64,000 nucleotides of DNA from Eukaryota sp. TZLM1-RC (Eukaryota > Protista > Metamonada: BaSk clade), in assembly GCA_040285825.1 (NCBI GenBank), contig JAUPSS010000008.1, positions 1,240,001 to 1,304,000 on the forward strand. Direction: 5' to 3'. The notes beneath the pieces were generated by a model. It worked only from the letters and a program-made list of their open reading frames with translations, did no database searches and was not told where the DNA came from. Positions 25,096-38,574 of the stretch are shown in pieces. Within the stretch, counting starts at the first letter, position 1; each line of letters starts with the position of its first letter. Position numbers and translations under genes: made by a program.

Positions 25096-28000
25096 GTAAT
25101 TATTGGCCATATTAGGTTATAGGTATACCTTCAGAGGATATCTTCAGCAGATATTATGTCAGTCTTTCCTCGCCAGGACACTGACTCTTTTAAGATTTTC
25201 ATGCAACAGCACGACAGAGATGCATATAATACATTCACAACAATATGAGAAGAAGTAAAGAATGAGGATTCGGGCTCGAGTCCGTTTTAGAAGAAATGGA
25301 CGACGAAAAAAAGAGCTTCGCCAACAGATAATGAAGGACGCGGAAGCCCACCTCGAACCTACAGATTACTATTTGTTCGAGCAGCTCTCCCCGGAAACAA
25401 ATGACAAAATCTGGTAGAAATGTGGGATTCCAGACTCTGGGCCATAAAAGGGACCCTAATAGAGTCTCCGAATTCCCTCAAAGAGAGAATAGAGAACTAA
25501 TTGACGCTTTGGACACCTTGAGTAGAGAAACCTACGGACGCGGGGGCGAACGTTGTCCTAGGATAACCGGTATGGACAGAGAAATCCATGTGATTCTGGC
25601 AAAACCAATCAAAGATAGACCTAATTGGGAAGCCATTCACTTGGACCCGTTCAGGAGAAGAGTCTGGTTCTTAGCCATCGAACGAAGGAGCAGAACCGAT
25701 ACCGACGACATCCTGGAAACCAAATTGCCGGCATGGATGGACTCGTACTTTGATACGATCATCCATAACTACTCAGAGGTAACGGACGGGGCTCCTACTT
25801 GTTTCAGAGAATACATGGAACAAGTAGACAGCATAAATCCAAACAAGTTGGAACCTGTCAGCGACTTCTTTGACGCGGACGCCCTAAATAACATACTTAC
25901 GGAACGTTCAAGCGTATCCAGATTTAGGAGCCGCCCAAACAACTTTATTCAGCAATTCGGGGAATCTACAACAAGGAAGAAGAAGTTCAGATTCATGGTC
26001 ACGGGCGATCAATCAACAGAGCTCCGCCAGAGACCTAAACTTCCAGTAATTGCCCCCATAATAGCAGAAAAAGAGCAACCGGTACAAGTCTGTTCTATTG
26101 ATGTACTCCCTGATCACATCCCAACAGTAGACGTGACAGAACGAGTAAACGACCTACCAGAGTGGTTCAGGAACCATCAAGTTCCTCCCAACCTATGCTC
26201 ACCAGTGCATCAGAAGACGAAGTCCAGTTGAGTGGACCTAGTTTAGATGAAACACCTCCTCCTCAACCCTGAGTATAGCAACTAGCCTTCAGAGACATGT
26301 GGACTCTCGGCCTAGGTCAGCTGAATACAAAGCTCCTCACCTATTCGAGAAGGACCCACTCAACAAGATGTCTCTCGTCTCCTTCCTCCTCAAGTTGAAA
26401 ACATGGGATAAATACGGGCGTAAAATAGCTAATAGCAGCTTCCAAGCCCCTGGTCAATCTGATTGGCCTCGTGCTAAGTTGATAGAAACCCAGATATTTT
26501 GCTAAGGAAAGACCCAGATTACCCCTGAACTCTTATCATCTCTCCCATCTCACATTAGAGAAGAAATCGATAGGGACATGAAGCAGCCACTCTTAAGGAT
26601 CGACCCAGAACTGACGAAACGTCTGGGAGCTCCTATTCATCATTATGACTTATTTAGAAGTATGATGATTAGTACTTGTCCGTCCGGCGTATCAAGCATG
26701 GTTGACCCCCATCTCGTCTCTAGATGGCAAGGCCAAGTACTTCTGAGACCGGACTTCTCAGACGCAGATCTGATGGTTTTTCTGCTACGCAGGACACAAT
26801 TTACCTCATATCATGAGGCTTGCTCTGCCCTAGCAAAACCTTGTATACATTGGAGAAACATCCACAACAAAATGGATGCGGACAACTAATTTGGTAGGTT
26901 CGTCGAAGATTTTGGAGACGTCCTGAGGATGACCACTTTCATGGTTGATCACTCTATATCTGCATCAATTAGGGGAAGCAGCGGTTTAAGAACCTTCTCA
27001 CCCACCCTCATGGCAGAATACTTTCTCTTGGGTATAGATAATTTCGCCATTACCAAGGAGCTGGCAAGCCATTGGACAAGAGAAGATCTCTGGGACCCTT
27101 CAACAGATACAACTTTGTTAGACCTGATTTCGACCACCAGAAGACACTTTTTAGCTTGGTGCCAAACAACAGGAAATAGACACACCATGGAACTTTTGAG
27201 AAAACAAGCTAAAAGAGAAGAGGATATTCCATTAGGCCTTTCGACCATGAGAACGTACTCTTGAGGAGCAATTCCATTTGGTCCAGGTGCTAAACGTCGC
27301 TCGGGAGGCGGATCCAAAGGAACTCCCCAAAACAAAAATGTCCCAGGAAGACATGAACGGGAGGGATCTAAGTTTTGTACATTCTGCAACGTCACCGAAG
27401 GAAATAACCCTATCGGTCAGACAGTATTTGAATGTATGGACCCCCATTGTGCCAGGAGTAAGATATTCATGGAACTGAGGTTCATGATTTGTGAGGCTGA
27501 TCAGCCTGCGAGAAGTGGCAGCGTAGTTATTGGCCGAGGTGGCCGTGGTAGACGTGTTTCTAGGTTTAGAGGTAGGGGCCGAGGTGGCCATTTTAGAGGA
27601 CATAAAGGCAGAGGTCAGTATAGACCTATTTATTACATAAACACACAAGAGGAAACATCATCAACATCATCCCCTTCTGAGAACGTGTCAGCTAGTACGA
27701 GCATGACCTCTCACAGACGGATTGACCGTTTCAGCAACAGGGTCAGAAACACAGGAAACTTTCCCAATCGGAACCAAATCAACGCAATCAATCATAATCA
27801 ATCAATTTCCGATTTCGGAAACCCAGTCAACAACTCCCCAACAGCTCAACAATTCTTACTAAATTTTCTACAATTCCACAAACCCAGCTCTGATATCAAT
27901 AGAATTTTTGGTATAAATTCTACAATTAGTAAGAACCACATCAGATCCCAGCGTTTTCCATTTCTAAGATTGGAGATTTTAATAAATAATATAAAAATGA

Positions 28001-30757
28001 TTGCAATTATTGATTCGGCAGCGTTTTGTTCGGTTATAACAGAAGATTTGGCTAAGAAATGCAACATGTCAATTAATAGAGATGATACAATTGAGTTCTT
28101 ACCAGCCAATAACGTATAAAGTAAATCGCGAGGGAATGCAAATGGTATGCTGTAGTTCGACGTAGGAAGCATTGCCCACCAGGTACATTACAGACATACC
28201 CTTCCCATAATCCCGGGTTCGAACAAACCATTAATAGGGAGAGACATGTTAACAACACTTGGGTTTCAGACGGATGATGGTCTTTTCAATAGATTAGACA
28301 AAGAACCCGCACTTTGTTAAATGCAGAATCTGAATTCGACTCAAGAATCGCTCAACATTCGATTGGGACCTTAAATAACCAATCATCGAGTCCTTCCGAT
28401 TTTGAGGAGCAATTAACTAGATCTGGTTGTGAGATAAAATTAGATGATGATAATAATAAGTTAAAATTAACGAGTCTACTAGGAAGTTTCAGCGATGTTT
28501 TTAGTGAAACTCCGTACAGAAAAGAAATCGATTGTAATTCTCTAACAATCCCCTTTAGAGATGAGAATGCTATAGTACATAAGCCTGCTAGAACGTTAAA
28601 TCCCAGCAAAATGGAAATAGCAAACAAAATATTTGACGAACTGATCGAAGTGGGCTATGTAGTTGAATCTAATTATAAATTCAGCTCTCCTATTGTCTTA
28701 GTTATATATCCTGACGGCAAGGAACCCAGGTTAACTGGAGACTTTAGTGGTAAAGATGGAGTTAATGCCCACACGATTTCAGTAGAGCCTAATCTACCTA
28801 AGATTAGTGATATTTTAGAATTTTTGAGTAGAGCAAATTACATCGCCGCACTTGATTTGCCAAAAGCTTTCTGGCAGATGAATGTCGCTGAGAAGAACAT
28901 TGAGAAAACATCGATCTCAATCCCTGGAAGGTCAATTATGTTTAAAAGAGCTTGTTTCGGATTAAAGAACATCCCAGCAGTTTTTCAAATCGTAATGATG
29001 GAAATTTTCCAAATTGATGGCGTTTTAGTATGTATTGACGATATCATAATAGTTGGAACGACTTTCAAAGAATTCTTTAAGAGATTACCAAGAGTCCTCC
29101 AACGCGCCAGAAATAGACGTGTAAATATAGACTTACAAGAAATGTAAATTCGTAACATCCAAACACCCTATTGATATTCTAAGTAGCACCTTCCAGGACA
29201 AAACTAGATTTGTTAGTAAGAAAAAGATCGAAACCTTGATGAGAATCCCTAGACCAAAATCAGTGAAAGAAGTTCGCTCATTGGTAGGATCCATCAATTA
29301 TATTGGAGATTGGCTTCCAGGTATTTCCGAATTAATAGCTCCAATTAATGAGTTAAAAACCTAGAATAATAAAATGGACCAACGAGCATGATGATTATTT
29401 TAAACAAATAAAAGATTTAATAATTAATCACATACCCCTTGAATTACCAGCTCCGGGCAAGCGCGTATTAATAAGTACTGACGCATCAGATGTAGCAGTA
29501 GGAGGTGTTATTTGGCAAGAAATTGAACCATACTCTCCTGCAGGAACCCCGCTGAATAAAATGAAAGTGAAACCTTTGTCGTTCTATAGTAGATTACTTA
29601 CAGAAACACAAAGAAAATGGTCCACTTTACAGAAAGAATTATACGCAATACTTCTGATTTTAACTGAAAATTGTTTAGAAAGCTACCTTTTGACTAGACA
29701 TCTAACAATTTTCACTGATCACAAAAATATTGCATTCCTAACCACAGCCCCAGAGAAAAACAGAATTGTAAAGAGATGGCTGCCGATACTATCTGAATTC
29801 GACTTTGATATAGTCCATGAACCAGGTGAAGATAACCACTGGGCAGATATGCTATCGAGGAATATTGATTTAGATCAACACGAGGAAACTCCTTCTATAT
29901 GTAGTATAAATATACCAGATACTTTACTTTCGAATTACGAGATACCTCCAATAGACGATGATTCTGATTCGGACTTCGAAGTCATCCCATCACTTTCATC
30001 CCTAAGTAAACACCAGGACTTACCTATTTTTTCTTTTTGGTTCTCTAAAATAAGATCTGAACAACAAATAGCCAAAAATAACAATGACCCTCTATTTGAG
30101 AATGCAATTCTAGATGAAAATACTCAAATTTGGAAAAACAATTAAAATAAAATTTTAATTCCCAAAAGCCTCAAAAAACAGGCTCTACTATTAATACATG
30201 GATTGGTTCAATCAAGCCACCCCAGCAAAAACGACAGTCTACATAAACTGTCCAAAAGCGACTTTTTCTGGCCCAATATGAGAAAGGACCTCATAAATCA
30301 TGTCAAAAGATGCCCAACTTGTCAAAAAACGGCACCAGTTAAAAGGATAAAAACACCTTCCACAGGTTCCCTTTGGGCAGATCGTCCTTTTGCTAGATTA
30401 AATGTCGACACAATTGGACCTCTGAATACTGATAGTGATGGTAATAAATAGTTATTAGTATTTGTAGATTCTTTTACTGGATATTCAATTTAAGTCCCTC
30501 TGAAGGAACTCAATGCCTTAGAGACCGCAGACGCTTTGATTTGGAACGTTTGCGCTATCTTTGGCATACCTATGTTAATTCATAGTGATAATGGACCCGA
30601 GTTCGCCAATGAGACTTTTAAGATAGTGTGTAATAGATTAGCTATTGAGATGAGTAACTCAATACCCCACCACTCTGAAAGTAATGGACTCGTAGAGCGA
30701 AAACATAGAGACGTTCTACAATGCTTGAGGAAATTATTAATAGATTTTAATGATTAT
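25015..30757 (+). mobile_element. Decayed Ty3/Gypsy LTR retrotransposon (element C), 3'-truncated
   Basis: gag fragments 25401-27700; protease IIDSAAFCSVI; RT LDLPKAFWQ and CIDD; RNase H STDASD and QKELYA; integrase HP...CPTC, VDTIGP, HSDNGPEF, NGLVERK; putative 5' LTR 25015-25095. Confidence 0.92.
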
Positions 30758-30759
30758 GG

Positions 30760-31710
30760 AAAGATATTGTTTTATTTGAAATTTGCGTTGTGAAATAATT
30801 TGCAAGGAAAAATTGTATTGTTCGACTTAGCACGGCTAAGAAAGAAAATCCTGCTTTTGCAAATCCTTTGATTGATTTGCAGAAAAGTTCATCTGCAGTT
30901 TGTTAAACTTAATTCCCAAAATTTATGGTTTATTTTTAAATGACGACCAATGGACTACTGCCGTGAGAATTCGTTGCTATTTATGGCCTTGCAATTTGAT
31001 CATCAAGCTGTTTTGCAAATGTGGAGCTGGTTTGGCATTATCAAATTTATTTTATTGCAATAGATTTATTTCTTTTCGTTCCACTATGCATGATGCTGTC
31101 AGAGATCAAATCCATGCAATGTGTAATTTTTTATCATATTGATTCATTTGTAGAACCGTTGTGGAGGTCTCTTGATATAAATGAAAACGTAAGAATTTCA
31201 AAATATGGAAATCAACGTGCTGATGTACTTGCATCCTCATTTGATGATGTCTTGAATGTTGTCGATGTTGAAACCGTGGATGTTTGCAAGAAAATTGCCT
31301 TGAAAAATGGACAATCCGAAGTATCCCCTCTTGATGATTTAGAATTGTACAAACGGAAGAAATATGCAAAACCTTTGAAAGAATTGATACATCTGCGCCA
31401 TGTGGATTACGAAATTTGCCCATTTGCTATTTCTTTGTATGGACGTCTTGAAAAAACTGGTATAAATTTTATTGATGATTTTGAAAAGCTGGTGAAAAGA
31501 AGAATAAATAATCGTTTTGATCGTTGTTTAAGGTTAAATCGTATTGTTTTTACTATTTTCAAAATCAATTCCTAAAATGAGTTCGAAAGCGTTAATGTCT
31601 GTCAGTGTCAGTGTCTGTCACATTACGAAAACATTGTTGCAGTACGGTTTGCTGGTGAGGAAGCTTGTTTTGAAGATATTGATTTTTAGACTGTTTTTTA
31701 GAATAAATTT
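30760..31710 (+). mobile_element. RLE non-LTR 3' fragment (family 2)
   Basis: RSTMHDAVRD, EP, QRADV, VVDV, KKY, ICPFAISLYGRL motifs; paralog of 9650-10890. Confidence 0.85.
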
Positions 31711-32108
31711 ATTAACTTGAAACAAAGATCAAATTAAATATCATATTTCTAATAGCAATGACTCAAACGTTTTTTATAAATGTCCAAATTGATGTCATCC
31801 AAAAAACTACCAATGCTGCCTTTTTAAACAAAGCTGACTAATTAAAAACCCAAAAATTCTATTGCACGCAATGTAATTGTTAATTGATTGTAATATAATA
31901 TTATTGGAAAAATTGGTCATTAATCTAAAATTAATTTTCATTAAAGTCGTTACTTGTGTCAAGCATTGGCTGATTCTTCAGTAGTTTTCTTTTCATTTCA
32001 AGTATGAATAAATACTATAATAATATAGGTCAATACAAATGTGAATCGCTGTAAGAAAAATAAACTTAAATAAAGCTGAGAAGAAACCTAAATACTCCAA
32101 TCAATCTG

Positions 32109-32876
32109 TTAATCATCGCCAGATCTGCTTCTCTTGTGGTGAGGATCTCCCGAATCTGCATTGGTCCAAAAGTCTAATAATTCTTTGTCCTGTGGAGAAA
32201 GAGCGTCAAGATCAGAAAAACCAAGAGAGGGAAAAACTTGCGAGTTTGCATCAGAAAACTGAGAAAGATCCGAAAATCCTTCTGGGACTCCAAAACTAGT
32301 GTTATTCAGTTTGAACTGTTGCTGACTGTCATTAGAAACTGCTTCACCTAAAGCAGCAGCACTCAATCGAGAGAATAGGTGAAACCCTTCTGTCAAAAAA
32401 GACCTTATGCAGATGAGTTCAAATCGAGAGAGTCCAGGAAAAGCAAAACCTGGTGCTGAACCTTCTAGGTCTTGCATACCGAATCTGGTCTTTTTCTGAC
32501 GAATTAGGAGGATTTCATTTAGCTTATGACGCAGAGAGGCACCATCAGGTAGCTGCTCTGTAGGAATCAATGAAAGAGCCACATAAGAAATCTCCCAAAA
32601 ATTTTCGTGGGGTAAAGGAACATAAGATGATTGTGAACGTTCTTCTTCAAGGATAGAAGCAAGTCCTTCATTGGTGAGCCAATGTGGTGGTACCATATGT
32701 GCAAATCTCGTTTTTGCTAATACTTGAGCTGCCCATAGTGGTACCTTGACAGGCTGGTTTGCTACAAAAGGGCCAAATTCTCCAGATAAAAAGTAAAGAG
32801 GTAACTCTGTGTCAAATTCAGGTATAATTTCAACAAGGACGGACCCTGACACAAAATGTACAAGGTCCGAGTTCAT
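32109..32876 (-). CDS. PSF2: GINS complex subunit Psf2
   Basis: VEIIPEF...LSGEFGPFVANQPVKVPLWAA...PPHWL...PLP...IRQKK signature. Confidence 0.9.
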   Translation of the reverse strand: MNSDLVHFVSGSVLVEIIPEFDTELPLYFLSGEFGPFVANQPVKVPLWAAQVLAKTRFAHMVPPHWLTNEGLASILEEERSQSSYVPLPHENFWEISYVALSLIPTEQLPDGASLRHKLNEILLIRQKKTRFGMQDLEGSAPGFAFPGLSRFELICIRSFLTEGFHLFSRLSAAALGEAVSNDSQQQFKLNNTSFGVPEGFSDLSQFSDANSQVFPSLGFSDLDALSPQDKELLDFWTNADSGDPHHKRSRSGDD

Positions 32877-32959
32877 GGGTGAAATGATGATGGAGTAATT
32901 CTAGTTTGGTTTTGGTCTGTGGTTTTCATTTGAAATGCATACTCTCGTCACACATCATT

Positions 32960-33059
32960 CAAACTTATTCCAAGAACTTTCATTCTTGGTGAGATCGTCC
33001 ACAGACGTTCTAGAATTCTCGAATAATTGGCCACCAATCTCACTGAGCCCATTTCTCCT
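32960..33059 (-). ncRNA. Candidate Fanzor omegaRNA scaffold
   Basis: Directly after the Fanzor stop: stem GTGAGAT/ATCTCAC enclosing hairpins ATTGG-TGG-CCAAT and CGTC-TGTG-GACG, then CCAAGAA-TGAAAG-TTCTTGG. Confidence 0.55.
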
Positions 33060-34899
33060 CTAAAACAATACGTAGCTTTGAAGGTAGTTTCTTTGTGGTC
33101 TCTGGAACGCTTCTGGTCTTGTTCCATAGTAGTGCTCACTAATTGTAATTTCTAGCTGATTTAGTGATGCAGAAATGTCTCTAGACCATACTTGGTTACA
33201 TTCTCGACAACTGAAATAGGCGTTGTGAACTTTAACTTCACCATCTACTTCTCTATAGATCTTTTGGTGTAGCATCTTGCAGCAGTTCACCTTTGCAGAT
33301 GTCATATATTCATCTCCGATCTTCACATTAGCAAATGAACATTGTAACAACTTGAGAAACGCCTTACGTGGAGTTTTCACTTTTTGAAGTGATGTACTAC
33401 CACCTCCATTACCAAACCTCACCTTTGCTTCTCGACCGTTTGCAATTTTTTTCACTTTGTTGATAATTGAGCTGAATCTTTTCTGTTTTCTTATAAGGAA
33501 GTCAAATATGTTTCTCCTCAATGCTTTTCGAGCACTCAGATATAATTGCTGCTTTAGCAATGATTGTCTTACGTTATTACCTTCATAGTCCTTATAGTCA
33601 CCGATAGTTGATATTTCAAGCAGATAATGGTTCAATTTCTGCACGTCATAAACATCTATTGATGAGTGGGTCAGTGAAGCGGAGTGATTGATTTTTCGTT
33701 GCTTTGGTGCCAAGAAGATATTGGATACGGTCGGCCCTGAACGTGTTCCAATGCTGGAACCACATAGATTTGAGTGGTTGGGTTCGATGGCCCAGAACAC
33801 CATTTCCGTTTCATCATCAGGTGCCTGCCACTGAGTAGCTTTTGGTTTCTGGCGAGGTCTTGGCCATTCAACCTTGGCTTGCAAGGTATGTTTTCTATTC
33901 TGAGTGGCTCCATAGTAATCAAGTTCCCCTCTGGATCTCTTATCAGCCAAGGCTTCTCCGGACAATCTCACTCGTGTTGCTTTGGGGTGCGTTTTGAAAG
34001 TTATACGGACACTATCACCATTAGAAGACATGGTGTAGTCATTAGCTTTTGTTTTAAGCAATAAATAAGGGTTTTTCAAAATTGTTTGTGATATGTTTTT
34101 GGAGATAAAATGGTTGAGAACCCATGTGGAAAAGGGGACAAAAGCAGGCTTCAAACTAGTGATGGGAGTGAGTCTATGTCGTCTAAGTATATGTGGAAAG
34201 GCTTGCTCCAGGTGGTTTTGGATTGTTGAGCCGCAACGAAAGATGTAGGTACTATTCCCTTGATTAAGAGTCACTCTTCGAGAAGAAAGAAGAGTGTTGT
34301 ACCTTTGAAGATCACCAACCAAGAAGTTAAACAGAGTAAGAGCCATGGTATGGTGTGTGTTGAACCAAGAAAGAAGAGGTTCACGAAAGTTCGTGCTGTT
34401 GTGAAGAACAGAGCCAGCATAAGTGGCTGGTGCAGGGCAGTTACGAGCGGAAGAAGTTAAGTTTCCACGACACAAGACCATCAATTAGGAGCTGCTGGTA
34501 GTTGCATTGCAGCTGGCGGCACTTTGCATCCACTAGTTGTTGTAGAGGTTTACTAGTGGGTAGTGCATGATTACGACCTGTTCTTGACAAGAACAAGACA
34601 GCAAATGGCCATGATGTAGAGATTCGCTCGAGCTTCTCATACACATGGCCTTTGCCAGGTCTGTTAAATGGATGTCTGACTTTTGGCTTATAGACCGCCA
34701 CCAAGTCAAGACACTCGATCCAGAATTGATGCTGAGTCAGGAAATGACTGTCTTCAATGAAGCGCACAGCAAAAACTCTGGCCAGCAAACTGCCGAGGTG
34801 GGCCATGGTGGTCACCTTGGTCAGCTGTCCATCAATGTAATCACACACTGGCCGCTCAAAGAACTGATGAAGGGAGCAGGCACGTGTCCATGACTGCAT
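33060..34899 (-). pseudogene. Near-full-length Fanzor, family A (one visible frameshift at ~34445; RuvC-I D>E)
   Basis: ATG at 34899; AIEPNHSN (RuvC-I), RFGNG, DEYMTSAKVNCC (RuvC-II), CRECNQVWSRDISASLN (Zn finger, RuvC-III), RPEAFQRP; the 474-codon C-terminal frame is open. Confidence 0.85.
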
Positions 34900-35752
34900 A
34901 GTCCTTACTGAAAACGGAAAGTGCAGACAATCAAAAAAGATTGATTTCTCAGTTTCAGTTCCTTTTAAAAATTGGTGTATTTTTACATCCACAAAACAAT
35001 GAAACATGCACAAACTGATAAATAGACACATTTATAATAGATACTGGACATGCTTTAAGCATTTTCTTTCCTAAAAACAGTAAACTGATGTGATATTTGA
35101 TAAAATTGTTGTTAGTCAAAGCAGTTGTTCGTTTAATCAACGGTGTTTGTATATTCCAAATATTCGTAAAGTTTCACAATTTAATCCCCTTATTCAGTAC
35201 AAACATGTTACCAAGGGAAGTCACAACACCCGTTTCTTCCTACCCATTTCTTTCCGTCTTTGACGAGGAACCTATTGCTCATCGTTCAACTATATCTGAG
35301 TCCGCCATGGATCTTTGTGGAACTGTTGGCTTTTCTATTATAGTGATTATAGGTTTCGTTCAGTGCGCTCACACATTGACTATAAAACATTAAATCCCAT
35401 AAAATAGACTAAAAAAAGACAGTCTGTAGAGACACTATTGGCTATTCTTGAGTCTAAACTCGAGTCTATTGCAGATCGTCCATCCCAAGCTGCTCCAACA
35501 ACTTCTGCTGCGTCACCTCCTTCAGCTGTCTTTCTTGTCTTGAAACTAGACATTTGAATACTGGAGTAATTGAATTTTTGTCCATTACAAATTATTACAG
35601 TATTCACTTATCCACTGTTGCTTCCTGTCCAATTTCCTCTTACAACACAGTGGCAATTTGATGAACCGATTTCAATTTGTTCACCCAATATCATCTTAAA
35701 AGCATATCTTCTTAACAACACATAAAACACACTTAATACATCTTACTCTTTT

Positions 35753-35956
35753 ATGTTCTGGAAGACTAAGAACAGTTTGGGGAAATATAATAGCTTACTC
35801 GGACAGAATAGAATTGCTTTCTGTATTTTCAGGGGACTAATGAAGATCGTTTCTGGGGCACCACTTTCATTCGCATATCATTGTGACAAAAGTCCATCTA
35901 GGTGTTTTGTGTTGGGAGATATGGATTATTTAGATGTTGATTTATCAGTAGTTTGA
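35753..35956 (+). mobile_element. RLE non-LTR 3' fragment (same family as 1-240)
   Basis: QNRIAFCIFRG...CFVLGDMDYLDVDL. Confidence 0.65.
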
Positions 35957-36449
35957 TCAATATATTTAATTTGAAGCAAATCTTCATTGTCATTGTTTGA
36001 AAGATTGGAAGCGTTAGTGAATTGATCTCAGCGATGTGTGATGTATTTAAGGGACCAGAATAACTTTGAACACACAGAACACTTTGATTGAAATTGGATC
36101 AGAAATCAATTTCGAGAAAAACTGTTTTACATTTTCGAATGTGTCCTTTCCCAGTATCAATTTATGGCCGACTTGGTAAGAAAGCACTTAATTTTGAAAA
36201 GACATTGGAAAATTGGGGGGTCAAGGATGAATGATCGTTATCTCATGGTTAAGATGGTTAAATTGAATCGTTTTCACCAAAAGTTCCAACTTGGGCTTGT
36301 CGTCTATGTATGTATTCTATTAGGACAAAACAAAAGTTAGATTTGTTGGTGTTGAAGCCTGTTTTGAAGACATTGTTTTCTAGTTTTTGTTCAACAGATA
36401 AAAAAGTTTTTAAAGAACCATTCTATAAAAATTCCATAGAATTTTTTCC

Positions 36450-37140
36450 AATTTTTTTAAACTGGAATAATTATTGAGATAAAAATAACCATCTAGAATT
36501 CAATATCCTCCAAACAAGCGTCATTATTACTGAACCTACTCACAGCATTACGTTCATATTCTACACCAATAGCTAAAAGTGCCTTTGAAATCATTGTTGG
36601 AATAGACTTGAAAATGCAATAAACAATTCTATTTAACCAGAAAATGGAGTTCATTGTTTTACCAGACCTATTCAGTAACACTTTTTTAAAATTTTCCAAA
36701 AAGTGCAACCCTAAAGGTCCAATATTGCCAAAAAGAGAAATTGCAAACGGCACAAACTGATATTTCACATGTTCTACTCTACCTAACTGTGCCAAAGGTT
36801 CTTCGTATTTTTTATCTTCTTTTTTTCGGCGTTAGATAACGGCGAATCAGCGAAATACACTAAACGAGCAGCAGAATTTTTGCAAACATCAACTGAGACA
36901 ACATCTACAACATTGAGAACACCATCGATCCCTGGAGCTACTAAATCTGCCCTTCTTTTACCAAAGCAATCATCAGTTTCATCTGAAGACAGCTTAGGTA
37001 CTAATGGCTCAATAGATGCCTCTATATTGAAACTTTTGCACATGGCATATAATTGATCACCAACTGAGTCATGAACAATTGAGCGAGAAGTTATGAAATA
37101 CTTACAGTTTAAAATATGGGAAAGCGTAACAACACTCCTA
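36450..37140 (-). mobile_element. RLE non-LTR 3' fragment (family 3)
   Basis: HILNCK, RSIVHDSV, EP, RRADL, VVDV, FVPFAISLFG motifs. Confidence 0.85.
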
Positions 37141-37163
37141 AATTGTATTGTATTGTATCCATC

Positions 37164-38574
37164 CGAGAATTTAGTTGATAATATATTTCCAGTGGATATA
37201 CATTTTCTTGCGGACGCTGTTGAAAAAGATTATCAAATATTCCCAAAACCAGCAATTACAATTGCCCAATAAATCTCCAGTAGAGAGAAAAAACCTTATC
37301 ATATTTCTCCTGTTTCAACCACTGTAGGCCCTGGATATTTTTCTATTGATACAAGAACAATATGGACAATTATTAGACAAACATTAATTGATGATTGATC
37401 ATCTACACAGACGATGAAAATGTCCAATACACTAGCCCAAATTACGAAATTCAAACCACCTGAGCAATTTAACTTTTGGTCTAATATTCTCGATTTAAAC
37501 CAACCAATGCTCAACCAAAAGATTTATAAATTCAACAACATTATCCACACAGATGGATTTAATATTGCAGTAGAGTTTGTTCGTCGGGATTTACAAGGTC
37601 AGAAATGTAAGCCAGACAACAAGGCTAGTATTTCTGATTTATATATTGTTGACGTTGATGTTGATACTTTTCAAGACAAACGAATTGTTGTTTGTGATCC
37701 TGGAAAACGTGATTTATTGTATTTTGGGGGTAAAAAAACGGATCAAGAACTAGCCATGGTGCCTGAACATGAAACTGAACAGCAAAGAAATAGTCTGGTG
37801 ATGAATCAAGACAAGAAGTACAAATGGTTGAGAATGACTCAAATGTCCTGGTCTTTGAAAAGTAGGATGAATGAAAAGCAAAAACGATGGGCTACAAAGT
37901 ACACTGAGGTAGATTACGACAGGAACCAAATGATAGAGTCTAACGAAATGACAATTGAAGATGCAAACACCGAATTATCCGCGTTTGCTGCCAATTCAGC
38001 AACTTTTATAGATTTTTCCAACTTTGTGGTTGCCAAACTTCGGCAAGTTTTTTTGACAATTGAATTTTACAGTCTTGACTTGTGGAGCATTCATAAAATG
38101 CAAGTTTTAATTCACAAGCAAAAGACTGAAAGTTGGTTGTTAAAAAGCCTTGTTCAGCATTCTGGCAATCCAAAAGAGACTTTAATTCTAATGGGTGATT
38201 ATGGTAAAAAAGGTTCCAAGAATTTGAAACATCAGAGACCTACTCGAGGCATTGGATGGATTCAATTTCTGAAAAGAAATTGATTTGAAGTATTGATGAT
38301 TACTGAAGCTTTCACTTCAGCAAAATGTCCTGTTTGTTTTGAAAAGGTTGCTACGTTTTTGAAAGTAACAAATCCCAGATTCTATAGAAGAGAAAACACT
38401 CCTGTTACTACATGTCATGGTTTATTAGCTTGTAATAGTGAGAGTTGCAAACACAGTAACAAAGGCTCAACAAAGCTGTTCAATAGAAATAAGCTGGCTT
38501 GTCTGAATATGTTTGCAATTGCTGAAGCGAGGATGAGTGGTAATGAAATGCCTCAGTATCTGTCCAGCAGATAG
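37164..38574 (+). pseudogene. Fanzor1 pseudogene, family B copy 1 (5'-truncated, in-frame stops)
   Basis: PGYFSIDT; FNNIIHTDG; VVCDPGKRDLLY (RuvC-I); LMGDYG; PTRGIGW; ITEAFTSAKCPVC (RuvC-II); HGLLAC...C...FNRNKLACLNM (RuvC-III); PQYLSSR*. Confidence 0.9.
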
